Assembly (NCBI GenBank): GCA_964441155.1
Contig: CAYYKL010000005.1
Coordinates: 4,434-68,433 of the forward strand
From: an uncultured Pseudomonadales bacterium
Lineage (GTDB): Bacteria > Patescibacteriota > Microgenomatia > UBA1400 > RBG-16-45-19
DNA length: 64,000 bases
Direction of reading: 5' to 3'
Part shown: piece by piece, positions 17,585-26,833 of the stretch
How the letters are laid out: every line of letters starts with the position of its first letter
How positions within the stretch are numbered: the first letter of the stretch is position 1
The notes under the pieces: model-generated
Told to the model about the DNA's origin: nothing
Database searches by the model: none
The model's input: the letters and a program-made list of their open reading frames with translations, nothing else
Made by a program: the position numbers and the translations under genes

Positions 17585-19037
17585 GCCCATTTCTTTCATG
17601 TTTAGGCCTAAACAATACATCTAGATATCTCAAAGTATAGTCTAAATTAGTTGGATCAACCAGAATTCCCAATCTAAATCCCCCATCAAAATCAATAGCT
17701 TCGAAACTTTCGCTGCCTTCCAAACCTTTGCATTTCAAATTGTCCAAGATTTCTCGAAAATATTTGCATGCATCATAAACAACTTGAGCCACTACTGGTT
17801 TTTTCACTTCCTCGCCTTTTTCGTTAATCACCTTTTTTTCCTTTAGTGCAAGCTGATCTAAGGTTAAAGATGCTTCTTGAATTTGATCTCTGCGAATCAC
17901 AAGCTCTAGCTGCATCCCTCCATTATCATCATCAAAATCTGAATTATCTTTTACCCTTATCACGAATTGCTCCATCTCTGGTTTAAGGGCGAATAAAGCT
18001 TGCGACATAACAAGCACGCGATCTTTCATTAGCTTAGCGTATAAACTTAACCACGATAACAGATGAGGAACTCCCTCGAATCGGTGAAGATTATGCAATT
18101 CATCTGTTAATTTTTTTCGTGTATTATTTCTTGAGTCTGTTATTCCCAAAATGTTTTTGAAGTGTTCATCCATTTGCCCGGGCTTAAAATTAAGCTCCAG
18201 CACTAAACCATCTTCCTCAGCAAGAAAAGCGGTTTCCTCAATCATTGCCGCAACTTGATAATGCTCATCAACATCGGTTAACAATTGCTCATTCTCTAAA
18301 TGATCACACTTTTTACTTGTAATCCGCTTTATCTCTACAGCATCAGCTTTATCACCAGCCAAAATTGCCAGAGAGGGTCTTCCAAAATATTTAAGCATCT
18401 CTGAGTATGCTTCATGAGGATTTGAGTTCTTCTCCCAAATTCGTTTCATATGAGCGGCTGCGAATTTTTCGTCGTGGAGGGCGATTCCTCTCAAGATTTG
18501 ACGTCGAACACCCGGCATTGTTTTAAGCTCAGGAACCAAGTGATCAATTATTTTTTTCGTGACAAATGGATGAGCTTTTCTGCTAACCAACATGCCAGCA
18601 TCATGCAAGTATCCTTGAACTATCGCAATTCTGATTTCTTCTTCTGACGCTCCAAGGCTAGTCAACAAATCAACCGCTTTACTTGTAACTTCTCTAACGT
18701 GCTCTATGCCATGCCGATTAAATCCGTTTGGATACGATTCATCATGTGACGTTTCCACCAAATCATAATATGGCGTTAATCTTTGATCTAATTGATCAAT
18801 CAATTCTAGTCTTGAAGAGCCAAAAATATCTATAGGCGCAAATTCTGGCTGCTTAAATCTTCCCTGTTCATCAAAAAATAATGAATATATTTGTTGTTTT
18901 CCCAGTACTTCTGGTAATTTCTTATCGTTCTCCTCATTGCCCGTATAATTAATTACCAATCCTTCAGCTTGAAAAAGCCGCATTCCCTGTTTGACAGTAT
19001 TTGCAAAATCTTGTGGTCGAAGTGTTTCAGCTGGCAT
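17574..19037 (-). CDS. HD-domain phosphohydrolase with N- and C-terminal extensions (487 aa)
   Basis: NRHGIEHVREVTSKAV ... GYLHDAGM ... ALHDEKF gives an H..H...HD.G HD signature. Confidence 0.55.
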   Translation of the reverse strand: MPAETLRPQDFANTVKQGMRLFQAEGLVINYTGNEENDKKLPEVLGKQQIYSLFFDEQGRFKQPEFAPIDIFGSSRLELIDQLDQRLTPYYDLVETSHDESYPNGFNRHGIEHVREVTSKAVDLLTSLGASEEEIRIAIVQGYLHDAGMLVSRKAHPFVTKKIIDHLVPELKTMPGVRRQILRGIALHDEKFAAAHMKRIWEKNSNPHEAYSEMLKYFGRPSLAILAGDKADAVEIKRITSKKCDHLENEQLLTDVDEHYQVAAMIEETAFLAEEDGLVLELNFKPGQMDEHFKNILGITDSRNNTRKKLTDELHNLHRFEGVPHLLSWLSLYAKLMKDRVLVMSQALFALKPEMEQFVIRVKDNSDFDDDNGGMQLELVIRRDQIQEASLTLDQLALKEKKVINEKGEEVKKPVVAQVVYDACKYFREILDNLKCKGLEGSESFEAIDFDGGFRLGILVDPTNLDYTLRYLDVLFRPKHERNGHAF

Positions 19038-19216
19038 TAGTTGTTATTCCCGAACTAAAAATGTATACAAAAAAATCACCCCTCTTGATAACTTGGTGTC
19101 ACTCCCTCGCACGCGATGCAAGAGATCCGGTTCTTGGTCAAAAGCAGGTGATTACCTACTTCAATAACTATAGGCTATATTTTAGTATACATTAAATACA
19201 CATGCAACCAGTAAAA

Positions 19217-19795
19217 TTAATTTCTGTTTAACTCAACTTCTAGTTGGTCACTAGTTAATCCTATTGATTTGGTGAATGCTTCAAATTGCTCACGTACACC
19301 AATATTTTCATGAATTAAATGCTTTAGTTCGCGAATCGTTTCGGCCCATTCATAGGGAAACACCACCCATTGATTGGTGGCTTCAGCCACAAAATCTGGT
19401 TTGTAGGTGCTATGGGGTTTGGCAAAAAGGCACGCACTCTTGAGCAAAATTGGCTCAAGACCTTTCAAGTTTGCAAGCGCCACCTCAAACGTGCGGCCAG
19501 AATCACAAATTTCGTCAACGAGCAGCACTTTTTTGCCCGCCATCCCCTGAGTGAGCGGTTGATACACGACAATTTCACCTTTTTGCCCTATCCCTTGATA
19601 TGAGCGCAAGCCGATGTTGAGCACAGGTAAATCAAGAAGGTCTGAGAGGATCCGCGCTAAAAGAGCCCCACCTCGAGAGATCGACACGATTTCTTCATAG
19701 GTTTCACCCGAGGCAACCACCATTTGAGCGAGCTGAAAACTTAACCGATTGAAGTTGGGAAAATCAATAAAACGTAAATCCGGAATGGTTGCCAT
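19217..19795 (-). CDS. hpt: purine phosphoribosyltransferase (Hpt/Xpt-like)
   Basis: KKVLLVDEICDSGRTF PRPP-binding loop; 192 aa. Confidence 0.65.
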   Translation of the reverse strand: MATIPDLRFIDFPNFNRLSFQLAQMVVASGETYEEIVSISRGGALLARILSDLLDLPVLNIGLRSYQGIGQKGEIVVYQPLTQGMAGKKVLLVDEICDSGRTFEVALANLKGLEPILLKSACLFAKPHSTYKPDFVAEATNQWVVFPYEWAETIRELKHLIHENIGVREQFEAFTKSIGLTSDQLEVELNRN

Positions 19796-19846
19796 ATTTT
19801 TTTCACTTTCTTAAGTCAATCTATATAACGATAGTACATTCTATAT

Positions 19847-19912
19847 TGTTCGAGATTCATCGAGAACTAATTGCGCAGACTATACAAGACTTCTCGCAGA
19901 CACTCGAAGACA
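19847..19912. repeat. dispersed intergenic imperfect-palindrome repeat, copy D
   Basis: TGTTCGAGattcatCGAGAACTAA..ACTTCTCGCAG..CTCGAAGA with clean nested inverted pairs. Confidence 0.6.
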
Positions 19913-19952
19913 AATGCTTTTTGAGAATATGGCATTAGCGTTGGATATTGCA

Positions 19953-20729
19953 TTACAAATCAGCAATAATTCCGGTGAGCAATTGAACCATTTGCTTAGA
20001 ACTTGAGTTCGCAGCAGCTAAAACATCCTCATGAGCATGTTGCACAAAAGCCAAATTAGTCACAAACGACAATCCCAATACGTTAAGCTCAAGAGCGCGA
20101 GCCATAATCGTTTCGGGCACCGTGCTCATGCCCACCACATCGGCACCCAAGTGATGCAGTGCCATTTTATCGGCTGGGGTTTCAAAATGGGGCCCGTGCA
20201 TGTAGGCGTAAATGCCTTCGCGATAAGGCAGAGATTCGCGCGCACAGATCTTTTTGGCCACAAGCCGCAAATCTTGATTGAATGCTTGCGACATATCGAT
20301 AAACTGCGGTCCTACCAGCGGGTTTGAGGGCAAAAAGAGGGTGAGCACGTCGGAGAGAATGACGAAATCTCCAACGAGATACGACTCATTGAGCGCTCCT
20401 GATGCCGACGTCACAATGAGTTGCTTAATCCCTGCTTGCGCAAAGACTCGGATGGGCAGTGTTGCCTCTTGCGCAGCATAGCCTTCATAGAGATGGAGTC
20501 TGCCCTGCATGAAAGCCACTCGCTTTTCAGCAATTCTAGCAACGACGAGTTTTCCTTCGTGACCCGGCACCGTGGCACTTACGCCAAATAATTCTTTGTA
20601 GGAAATTTCTGTCTCAATTTCTGCCCCAACAAGCACTTGATTCCAACCTGTGCCAAGCATGAAAAGCAATGAGGGGAATTTTTTGATTTTCGATTGGACA
20701 ATCGACAGCGATTCTTGTTCTGAAAGCAT
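19953..20729 (-). CDS. purine nucleoside phosphorylase / MTA phosphorylase family (PNP-I trimeric type)
   Basis: GRLHLYEGY and VVGMSTVPE motifs; 258 aa. Confidence 0.7.
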   Translation of the reverse strand: MLSEQESLSIVQSKIKKFPSLLFMLGTGWNQVLVGAEIETEISYKELFGVSATVPGHEGKLVVARIAEKRVAFMQGRLHLYEGYAAQEATLPIRVFAQAGIKQLIVTSASGALNESYLVGDFVILSDVLTLFLPSNPLVGPQFIDMSQAFNQDLRLVAKKICARESLPYREGIYAYMHGPHFETPADKMALHHLGADVVGMSTVPETIMARALELNVLGLSFVTNLAFVQHAHEDVLAAANSSSKQMVQLLTGIIADL

Positions 20730-20746
20730 GGTTGCTCGTATTGTAC

Positions 20747-21634
20747 CTACCGCAATCGGTTTATGTCATCCCGCAGTTTTTTAGCCTCTTCTCGAGGATT
20801 ATCTGAAAAAATAATGCTTCTTGAAGCTGAGATCAAAAGTCCTTGCTTGTCCTTTGTTAAGCCTGCAAGCATCACCTGCTCCAAATCTCCGCCTTGCGCT
20901 CCAATGCCCGGAACAAGTAACCACATGTCGCCAACAATACCTCTGACCCTTTTCAATTCTTGCGGATACGTTGCCCCAACAACCAACATACAATTTCCAT
21001 TTACATTCCATTCTTGCGAAACTTTATGTGCTACAGATTCCCACAGTGGCGCTCTATTTGACACAGTGTGTAGGCTTTTCATACGCACTGTGTCATCCTG
21101 AGCGAGTAGAGAAACTGCTTGTTTCTCGACAGTCGAAGGATTACCTTCAACTATCAGATCTTGCAGCTCCCCTGCTCCTGGATTACTCGTGCGACATAAG
21201 ATTATGCTTCCTTTGTCAGATCGCTTGAGGAATGGCTGCAGTGCCTCTTGACCTAAATATGGGTGCAGTGTGACCGCATCACAGTTCAAATAATCAAAGA
21301 TTCCTGCAGCGTAGGCTTCGCTGGTGTCCGCAATGTCTCCTCGCTTTGCATCAGCGATAATCAAATGCTCTGAGTTATTCGCTTTAATAAATCGAATTAC
21401 TTTTTCCAACTGTTCATAGCCAGTTGGTCCTAATGCTTCAAAGTAGGCAAACTGGATTTTATAGACTCCAGTGAATTCATGCGTTTGCTCCACAATCCAT
21501 TTGCAGAATTCAAACAGGGGCTCGCTTGTTTCAAGGAATTTCTTTGGCAATAATTTGATGTTGGGATCAAGCCCAACACACAGAAGTGAATTATGAATTT
21601 GGATCGTTTTAATAAGTTTTTCTGCAAAGTTCAT
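20747..21634 (-). CDS. pyrF: orotidine 5'-phosphate decarboxylase, type 2
   Basis: LCVGLDP, KIQFAYFEALG and ADAKRGDIADT; 295 aa. Confidence 0.75.
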   Translation of the reverse strand: MNFAEKLIKTIQIHNSLLCVGLDPNIKLLPKKFLETSEPLFEFCKWIVEQTHEFTGVYKIQFAYFEALGPTGYEQLEKVIRFIKANNSEHLIIADAKRGDIADTSEAYAAGIFDYLNCDAVTLHPYLGQEALQPFLKRSDKGSIILCRTSNPGAGELQDLIVEGNPSTVEKQAVSLLAQDDTVRMKSLHTVSNRAPLWESVAHKVSQEWNVNGNCMLVVGATYPQELKRVRGIVGDMWLLVPGIGAQGGDLEQVMLAGLTKDKQGLLISASRSIIFSDNPREEAKKLRDDINRLR

Positions 21635-21646
21635 ACAATTGAATAG

Positions 21647-22276
21647 TTATATTTCTGTGCCAAAATACCGATCGCCATAGTCTCCCAATCCGGGCACAAT
21701 ATATTTTTTGGCATTGAGATGTGAATCTACCGCTGCCGTGAAGATTTTAATGTTTGGATACTTATTTTGAATGGTTTCGATTCCTTCTGGTGCCACGAGC
21801 ACGCAAACAATGCGAATTTCTTTGGGATTGGCCTTTGCTACGCGCTCCAATAGATGCGCAATAGATCCTCCGGTAGCCAACATTGGATCGGTAACCATTA
21901 CCACAGTGTCTTGCGAAATATGAGGCATTTTCCAATAATATTCTGAAGCAATAGCTGTCTTTTCATCTCGAACCATGCCCACAAATCCAACCTTAGCTTT
22001 GGGCAGCAATTTCAGTGCTCCAAACAACATGCACGTTCCGGAGCGTAAAACCGGCACGATCATAATTTCTTCGGCAAATTTTTCACTCTCAATTTTTGCA
22101 AGTGGTGTGTCTATAGTTGTTTGTTTGAACGTTAAACCTTTAATTGCTTCTGAAAATAACAGCTCACATAACTGATCGCTGTAATGGCGAAATGTTTCAA
22201 TCGACGTATTTTTGTCTCGCAAATGAGTCAAAGAATCGCAGACAAAAGGATTCTGGGAAATATACACGTTTTTCAT
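21647..22276 (-). CDS. upp: uracil phosphoribosyltransferase
   Basis: VVMVTDPMLATGGS and YIVPGLGDYGDRYFGT; 209 aa. Confidence 0.85.
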   Translation of the reverse strand: MKNVYISQNPFVCDSLTHLRDKNTSIETFRHYSDQLCELLFSEAIKGLTFKQTTIDTPLAKIESEKFAEEIMIVPVLRSGTCMLFGALKLLPKAKVGFVGMVRDEKTAIASEYYWKMPHISQDTVVMVTDPMLATGGSIAHLLERVAKANPKEIRIVCVLVAPEGIETIQNKYPNIKIFTAAVDSHLNAKKYIVPGLGDYGDRYFGTEI

Positions 22277-22920
22277 GATTGCCTAGTTCGTGATTCTTGC
22301 CACTTCAAAGGATCTCTCAACCACGATTCCACTGCCTTGCACGCTTTGGCATCAATAATCTGCTCATCAATCGCTCGTGGCAAGATTTGCTCAAACGAAG
22401 TCAGGGTGTGCAGCGCAACATTCGCTTCAGCAAAACTCTCAGTAGCTGCACTAAAACCATAACTCGTGATCGCAATACAATCGTGCACGGTTGCACCCTC
22501 GTCACGCAGCGCGCTAACTCCCGCCAAGCTACTTCCTCCTGTAGTTATGTGATCCTCAAGCAACAATACTTTTTTACCACGCACCTCACCGCCTTCAATC
22601 ATTTTTTTGGTGCCGTGATCCTTGGCACTTTTTCGCACAAACACCGATGGCACTTCAAGGGCATAGCCCAAAGCGGCAGAGTGTGGGATTCCAGCTGTTT
22701 CGATGCCGGCTATGACCTCAAAGTTGAGATTCTTTTCTTTTATGAGCTGTCTAAAACCCTCAATAATCACTTTCCAAGCTTGAGGGTGATGCGGAAATCG
22801 CCGGTTATCAATATAAACAGGCGAAACGATTCCCGACTTAAAGGTGATCGGATTATCGACCACAAATCCCACCGCTTTAATTGATAAAAGTGCTTGCGCA
22901 ACGTTTTGAGCATAGTTCAT
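22273..22920 (-). CDS. pyrE: orotate phosphoribosyltransferase
   Basis: FKSGIVSPVYIDNR, VRKSAKDHG and KKVLLLEDHITTGGS; 4-nt overlap with upp. Confidence 0.8.
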   Translation of the reverse strand: MNYAQNVAQALLSIKAVGFVVDNPITFKSGIVSPVYIDNRRFPHHPQAWKVIIEGFRQLIKEKNLNFEVIAGIETAGIPHSAALGYALEVPSVFVRKSAKDHGTKKMIEGGEVRGKKVLLLEDHITTGGSSLAGVSALRDEGATVHDCIAITSYGFSAATESFAEANVALHTLTSFEQILPRAIDEQIIDAKACKAVESWLRDPLKWQESRTRQS

Positions 22921-22926
22921 GGATTA

Positions 22927-23988
22927 TTATTCCTTAATTTCTTGAGCTAAATAGGGATTCCACATGGCAGCCGTGGCACTCATAACCGCATCGGCTCCTG
23001 CGCTTCGATAGTTAACATAATCGCTCGCAGATGAAACCCCGCCCACACCAATAATTGAAAAGCTCATGTTGTGCTTTGAGCGAAGTATAGCGAGCCCCGC
23101 AACCATATCCAACCCCGCCCAGCGGATCGATTCGCCACAAATACCACTAACTTCCCTTCCCTTTCCAGGTAATGCTTGCTCTCCAGCTGAAGTAGATACT
23201 CTCGCCGGAATCGTGTTGATTGCAGCTAATCCCTGAACAATTCCGCCAACACTGGTCACCAATGTTTCCAACTGCTCTTGGTTTTCAAAGTAGCCTAATT
23301 TTAGGATGAGAGGAATGTTGCCGATTTCATCTTTGATGGCAGAGGCAATTTCAAGCACACGCGCAGTGTCATAACATAATAAGTGTGCTTTACCTTCGTT
23401 GGGGCAACTAAGGTTCGCTTCCAAAATTTTGGCACCCGTTTCTTTGACTAATCGAGCCGCCAAAACATAGTCTTTGAGGTACGTTTCAAAATTACCATCT
23501 CCCGAAGATGTCCCCTGGAAACTACCTATCATGACTTGACCATGTCCTGCCGATTTCAAAGCTTGCCGCATATCTTCTTGCCAAAATGATGGATCTTTGG
23601 AGGGAACACCGAAGGAATTGGTGATAGAAAGGGGTGACTCATAGTTTTCCTTAGTCACCACTCCATCTGTCAGCGCGCTTAAGGCTAAATCATCCTGAAC
23701 ATCTACTGCCAACACGTTTGGCCAGACTGCACACTCATAGGCTCTGCTGCGGACAGTTTTATAGGTGGCAATGTCAAAGCCTTTGGCAAATGCAGCTTTC
23801 ACAAAATTGGCATTCAAGAGCGGGCCCGCGGGAATTCCGAATGGCTCATAAACAGCAAAGCCCATAAAGCTGTGCTTGGGCTCTCCTATTCGAGCGAGTG
23901 CTTTCCCATCGGCAAAATCACCAAACGGACCCTCAAGAAAATTCGCTTCGTAGGTCTTAGTTGGATCATAAAAAGGTTCATGCATCAT
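22927..23988 (-). CDS. pyrD: dihydroorotate dehydrogenase, class 1 (Cys active-site base)
   Basis: GFAVYEPFGIPAGPL, YKTVRSR, ANLSCPN and IIGVGGVSSASD. Confidence 0.75.
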   Translation of the reverse strand: MMHEPFYDPTKTYEANFLEGPFGDFADGKALARIGEPKHSFMGFAVYEPFGIPAGPLLNANFVKAAFAKGFDIATYKTVRSRAYECAVWPNVLAVDVQDDLALSALTDGVVTKENYESPLSITNSFGVPSKDPSFWQEDMRQALKSAGHGQVMIGSFQGTSSGDGNFETYLKDYVLAARLVKETGAKILEANLSCPNEGKAHLLCYDTARVLEIASAIKDEIGNIPLILKLGYFENQEQLETLVTSVGGIVQGLAAINTIPARVSTSAGEQALPGKGREVSGICGESIRWAGLDMVAGLAILRSKHNMSFSIIGVGGVSSASDYVNYRSAGADAVMSATAAMWNPYLAQEIKE

Positions 23989-24971
23989 GCGCTTAATCCT
24001 AATACTTTTCTGCCATTGGTGGTGGCGATTTTTACAATTGCATCAATGTCAGTTAAGCGGTTTCCCGTGGTAAGTAGCATAAGCTCTTGCCACATATTGC
24101 CATCGCAAAAAGGCACCATATAGTCACAAATATTATCAGTTCCCAGTGCAACCACAATACCGGCTTGAATCAGCTCATCAACTGGTGTGAGCGCATTATG
24201 AAAAGGTTGCATAACTTCTTTGCGTGGGCTATCGATCCATGCCACGGGGCAAGCAATCACCATCATGCCCGCTTGTTTCATAAGCGAGTAGACTTTTTGG
24301 CGATACGCTTTCGGGTGAGCCGCCAAGGAAATTGAGTGAATCGCAACTACTCTACCCTCCATCCCGTGTTCAATCGTTTTTTTTGCAAGTAGTTCAGTTT
24401 CCGTATCCTCGGTAGTATTAAATTGATCCACATGCACCTGAACCAGCTTTCCTTGCTTTTTCCCTGCCTTGAGCAAAATATCAATATGCTCTGCCCCTTT
24501 GCCATAATCTCGCTCATCTCGCTTGGGCAATCCACCAATAATATCAACTTGCTCGCAGGCCACATCAAACCACTTTCGGGCACTGGGCTCAATAACGCCT
24601 TTGAGCGTTTGATTAGCCAACACCAATTCGATTTTCCCTTTATATGCTTCTCGGGCCTTGATTGCTCCCCGCAACGCTCTGTCTTCGCAAATGGGATCTA
24701 CATCGACGAAAGACCCAAGAACCTTCACCTCTTGCTCCAGCATCACCTCAATCGCCATCGACATTCTCCGATAATAATCATCGACCGTGGCATTTTTTTT
24801 GACCACATCAACCAGATCCCATTTTTCTTCTAAAGAATGTTTGCGATAATTATCGAGAGTGTCTGGGTTGACGGTAAAGGCTCTGTCAGCGTGAGCATGA
24901 GCATTCACCCAGCCGCCGTTTTTAGTAATTTCTTCTAAAATGAGGGGTTTAAAGGAAAAGGGTTTTTTCAT
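23985..24971 (-). CDS. metal-dependent amidohydrolase, cytosine-deaminase (CodA)-like
   Basis: NAHAHADRAF (HxH metal site), VHVDQ and ALGTDN. Dihydroorotase cannot be excluded. Confidence 0.5.
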   Translation of the reverse strand: MKKPFSFKPLILEEITKNGGWVNAHAHADRAFTVNPDTLDNYRKHSLEEKWDLVDVVKKNATVDDYYRRMSMAIEVMLEQEVKVLGSFVDVDPICEDRALRGAIKAREAYKGKIELVLANQTLKGVIEPSARKWFDVACEQVDIIGGLPKRDERDYGKGAEHIDILLKAGKKQGKLVQVHVDQFNTTEDTETELLAKKTIEHGMEGRVVAIHSISLAAHPKAYRQKVYSLMKQAGMMVIACPVAWIDSPRKEVMQPFHNALTPVDELIQAGIVVALGTDNICDYMVPFCDGNMWQELMLLTTGNRLTDIDAIVKIATTNGRKVLGLSA

Positions 24972-24980
24972 GGTTTCTCC

Positions 24981-26600
24981 TTACAAATTCCCAAATTTTG
25001 ATCGATAGAGCTTGTCGATGTGTCGCTTGGCTGTATCCACCGTGGTAAACAGAGGCACATTTTCGTCAATCGCCTTAGCTCGAATTCGTTTGCCATCCGT
25101 ACCCTCAGTTTTGTCAGAGACTGATGTAGGCACACATACCACCAGATCAAATCGTCGCTCATCCAGTAGGTTGGACAAGTTGGGCGATTCATTCTCGTGA
25201 ATTTTGTAAACGAGAAAGTTGGTTATTCCTTGTTCAAGCAAGTAGTGATGCGTGTTTTGGGTGGCGAAAATTTGGAAACCCAATTCTTGCAGCTGCCCAG
25301 CACTCTCAAGCATTTTCTTTTTGTTTTCGGTTTTGCCGATAGACAGCAGTGCACTTTTTTCGCCACGCTGTTGGGCAAGGCGCATTTGCATCGAATAGAC
25401 TTCAATGAAAGGTGCTGCCGTCATCACATTAAAGGGCGCAGCTTTCGCGTTTGTGTTATCGAACGACACATGATGTAGACCATGTGGAGAGGTGAGTGCA
25501 ACCACGGTTGCATGCCCTTTAAATAATTGAACTTTAACCACACCGTCCACTTTTTCATTAATTTTGTCGTTGTAGGCTCTCATATCATCCATCGCGGGGT
25601 CATACCAGAGAGCGCCATAGGTTAAGTAGCCAAACTTGATGTCCATGGTTTCTTTAAGTTCGTTTTCAAGACGAGTGCACACGTATTTCTCCAAGTTTTT
25701 GTGCGCTTTGATGATGATGTGCGCTCCAGGATGCTCGTAAATCCCGCGAGTTTTTAATCCAACCAACCGATCTTCAACGTGATACTCGACTCCTACGCCA
25801 TGTTTGCCGCCGATTTTGTTGAGCTGCATAATAAGCTCGCTAAGGGGGAGTGTTTTGCCATTAAGTTTTTTCGGAATCCCCCGAGCAAACTCAAGCTCCA
25901 CCATTTCTGCCTTGTCGGGCGTTTTATCAATCGTTCTGCAAGCAGTCAAAAACTTTTCAATTGGCGGCACCAATGAGGGATCTTCAATCTCGCCACCTTC
26001 CCAGGTCATTCCCCACATATTATCATCATCGCTGTAGGGGAAATCTTTGCGCACGCGGACAGGAATTTTGTGTTTCAGCGCATAGTCGATTTGCTCATCG
26101 CGACTCATGTTCCACTCACGCACAGGAGCAATAATTTTCATAGCCGGATTCAGGGTCAACACACTGCCGTCCAGGCGCACTTGATCGTTGCCCTTGCCAG
26201 TGCACCCGTGGGCCACGGTGTCAGCATTTTCGCGCGCGGCAATCACTATTGCCCATTTGGCCATAAGATAGCGGCTAACCGTGGAAATGTAGTAATTGCC
26301 CTGATAGGCCGCATTGGCTTTGATCATGTGAGAAAGGTAGTCGGCAGCGAATTCTTGCTTGGCATCGATGACATAGGCTTTGACCGCCCCCAGCTTAAGT
26401 GCCTTTGCTTTAATCGCTTCGAGATCATCACCTTGTTGCCCCAGGTCAAGTGTCAGGGCTATTACTTCTGCCTGGTATTTGTCTTGTAACCACTTGAGCA
26501 TCATGCTGGTATCTAATCCTCCGGAATACAAAAGCACCACTTTTTTAATTTCGCCTTCGCGGGCTTCGTAGCTTGAGACTTTGGTGTAAACGGTTTGCAT
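24981..26600 (-). CDS. argG: argininosuccinate synthase fused to a C-terminal MGS-like (methylglyoxal synthase-like) domain
   Basis: VVLLYSGGLDTS PP-loop and HGCTGKGNDQVRLD match ArgG. A C-terminal domain of about 130 aa (ALLSIGKTENKK..GFQIFATQNTHHYL..LVVCVPT) resembles the CarB/PurH MGS-like fold. Confidence 0.7.
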   Translation of the reverse strand: MQTVYTKVSSYEAREGEIKKVVLLYSGGLDTSMMLKWLQDKYQAEVIALTLDLGQQGDDLEAIKAKALKLGAVKAYVIDAKQEFAADYLSHMIKANAAYQGNYYISTVSRYLMAKWAIVIAARENADTVAHGCTGKGNDQVRLDGSVLTLNPAMKIIAPVREWNMSRDEQIDYALKHKIPVRVRKDFPYSDDDNMWGMTWEGGEIEDPSLVPPIEKFLTACRTIDKTPDKAEMVELEFARGIPKKLNGKTLPLSELIMQLNKIGGKHGVGVEYHVEDRLVGLKTRGIYEHPGAHIIIKAHKNLEKYVCTRLENELKETMDIKFGYLTYGALWYDPAMDDMRAYNDKINEKVDGVVKVQLFKGHATVVALTSPHGLHHVSFDNTNAKAAPFNVMTAAPFIEVYSMQMRLAQQRGEKSALLSIGKTENKKKMLESAGQLQELGFQIFATQNTHHYLLEQGITNFLVYKIHENESPNLSNLLDERRFDLVVCVPTSVSDKTEGTDGKRIRAKAIDENVPLFTTVDTAKRHIDKLYRSKFGNL

Positions 26601-26628
26601 AATCGTGTTCCTTTCAAGGATAAATTGG

Positions 26629-26654
26629 CAAAAAAAAGAGGCTTATAAAGCCTC
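26629..26654 (-). terminator. intrinsic terminator (GAGGCTT-ata-AAGCCTC plus U8 on the minus strand)
   Basis: Perfect 7-bp stem followed on the minus strand by eight T. It lies 30 nt upstream of the argG start. Confidence 0.6.
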
Positions 26655-26728
26655 AGCTGTCATTCATAAGTGATTTCTGCAGTTTCCCGCGCAGTGAACG
26701 TAATTGGTGGGTTAGAGTTTTGGCGCAT

Positions 26729-26781
26729 AAAAAATCCGGAGGTAAGTGTTAAAGCTTAAATTGCTTTAACCGGCTCCGGGA
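26729..26781 (-). terminator. intrinsic terminator downstream of yoeB (long imperfect hairpin plus U6 on the minus strand)
   Basis: CCGGAG..GTTAAAGC-loop-GCTTTAAC..CTCCGG followed by TTTTTT on the minus strand. Confidence 0.5.
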
Positions 26782-26833
26782 TTAAACTGTAGCAAAGGCA
26801 ACGGAAGCTCGTCAATGGGGCAAAAAATACGAT

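Noticed and set aside
22297-22884. 195-aa plus-strand ORF inside pyrE, and similar long antisense ORFs (39102-39740 inside mreB; 59087-59545 inside rplA; 7931-8300 inside frr; 32169-32530 and 33234-33554 inside topA)
   Set aside because: They fully overlap well-supported genes on the opposite strand and have low-complexity or Ser/Pro-rich translations, so they are spurious.
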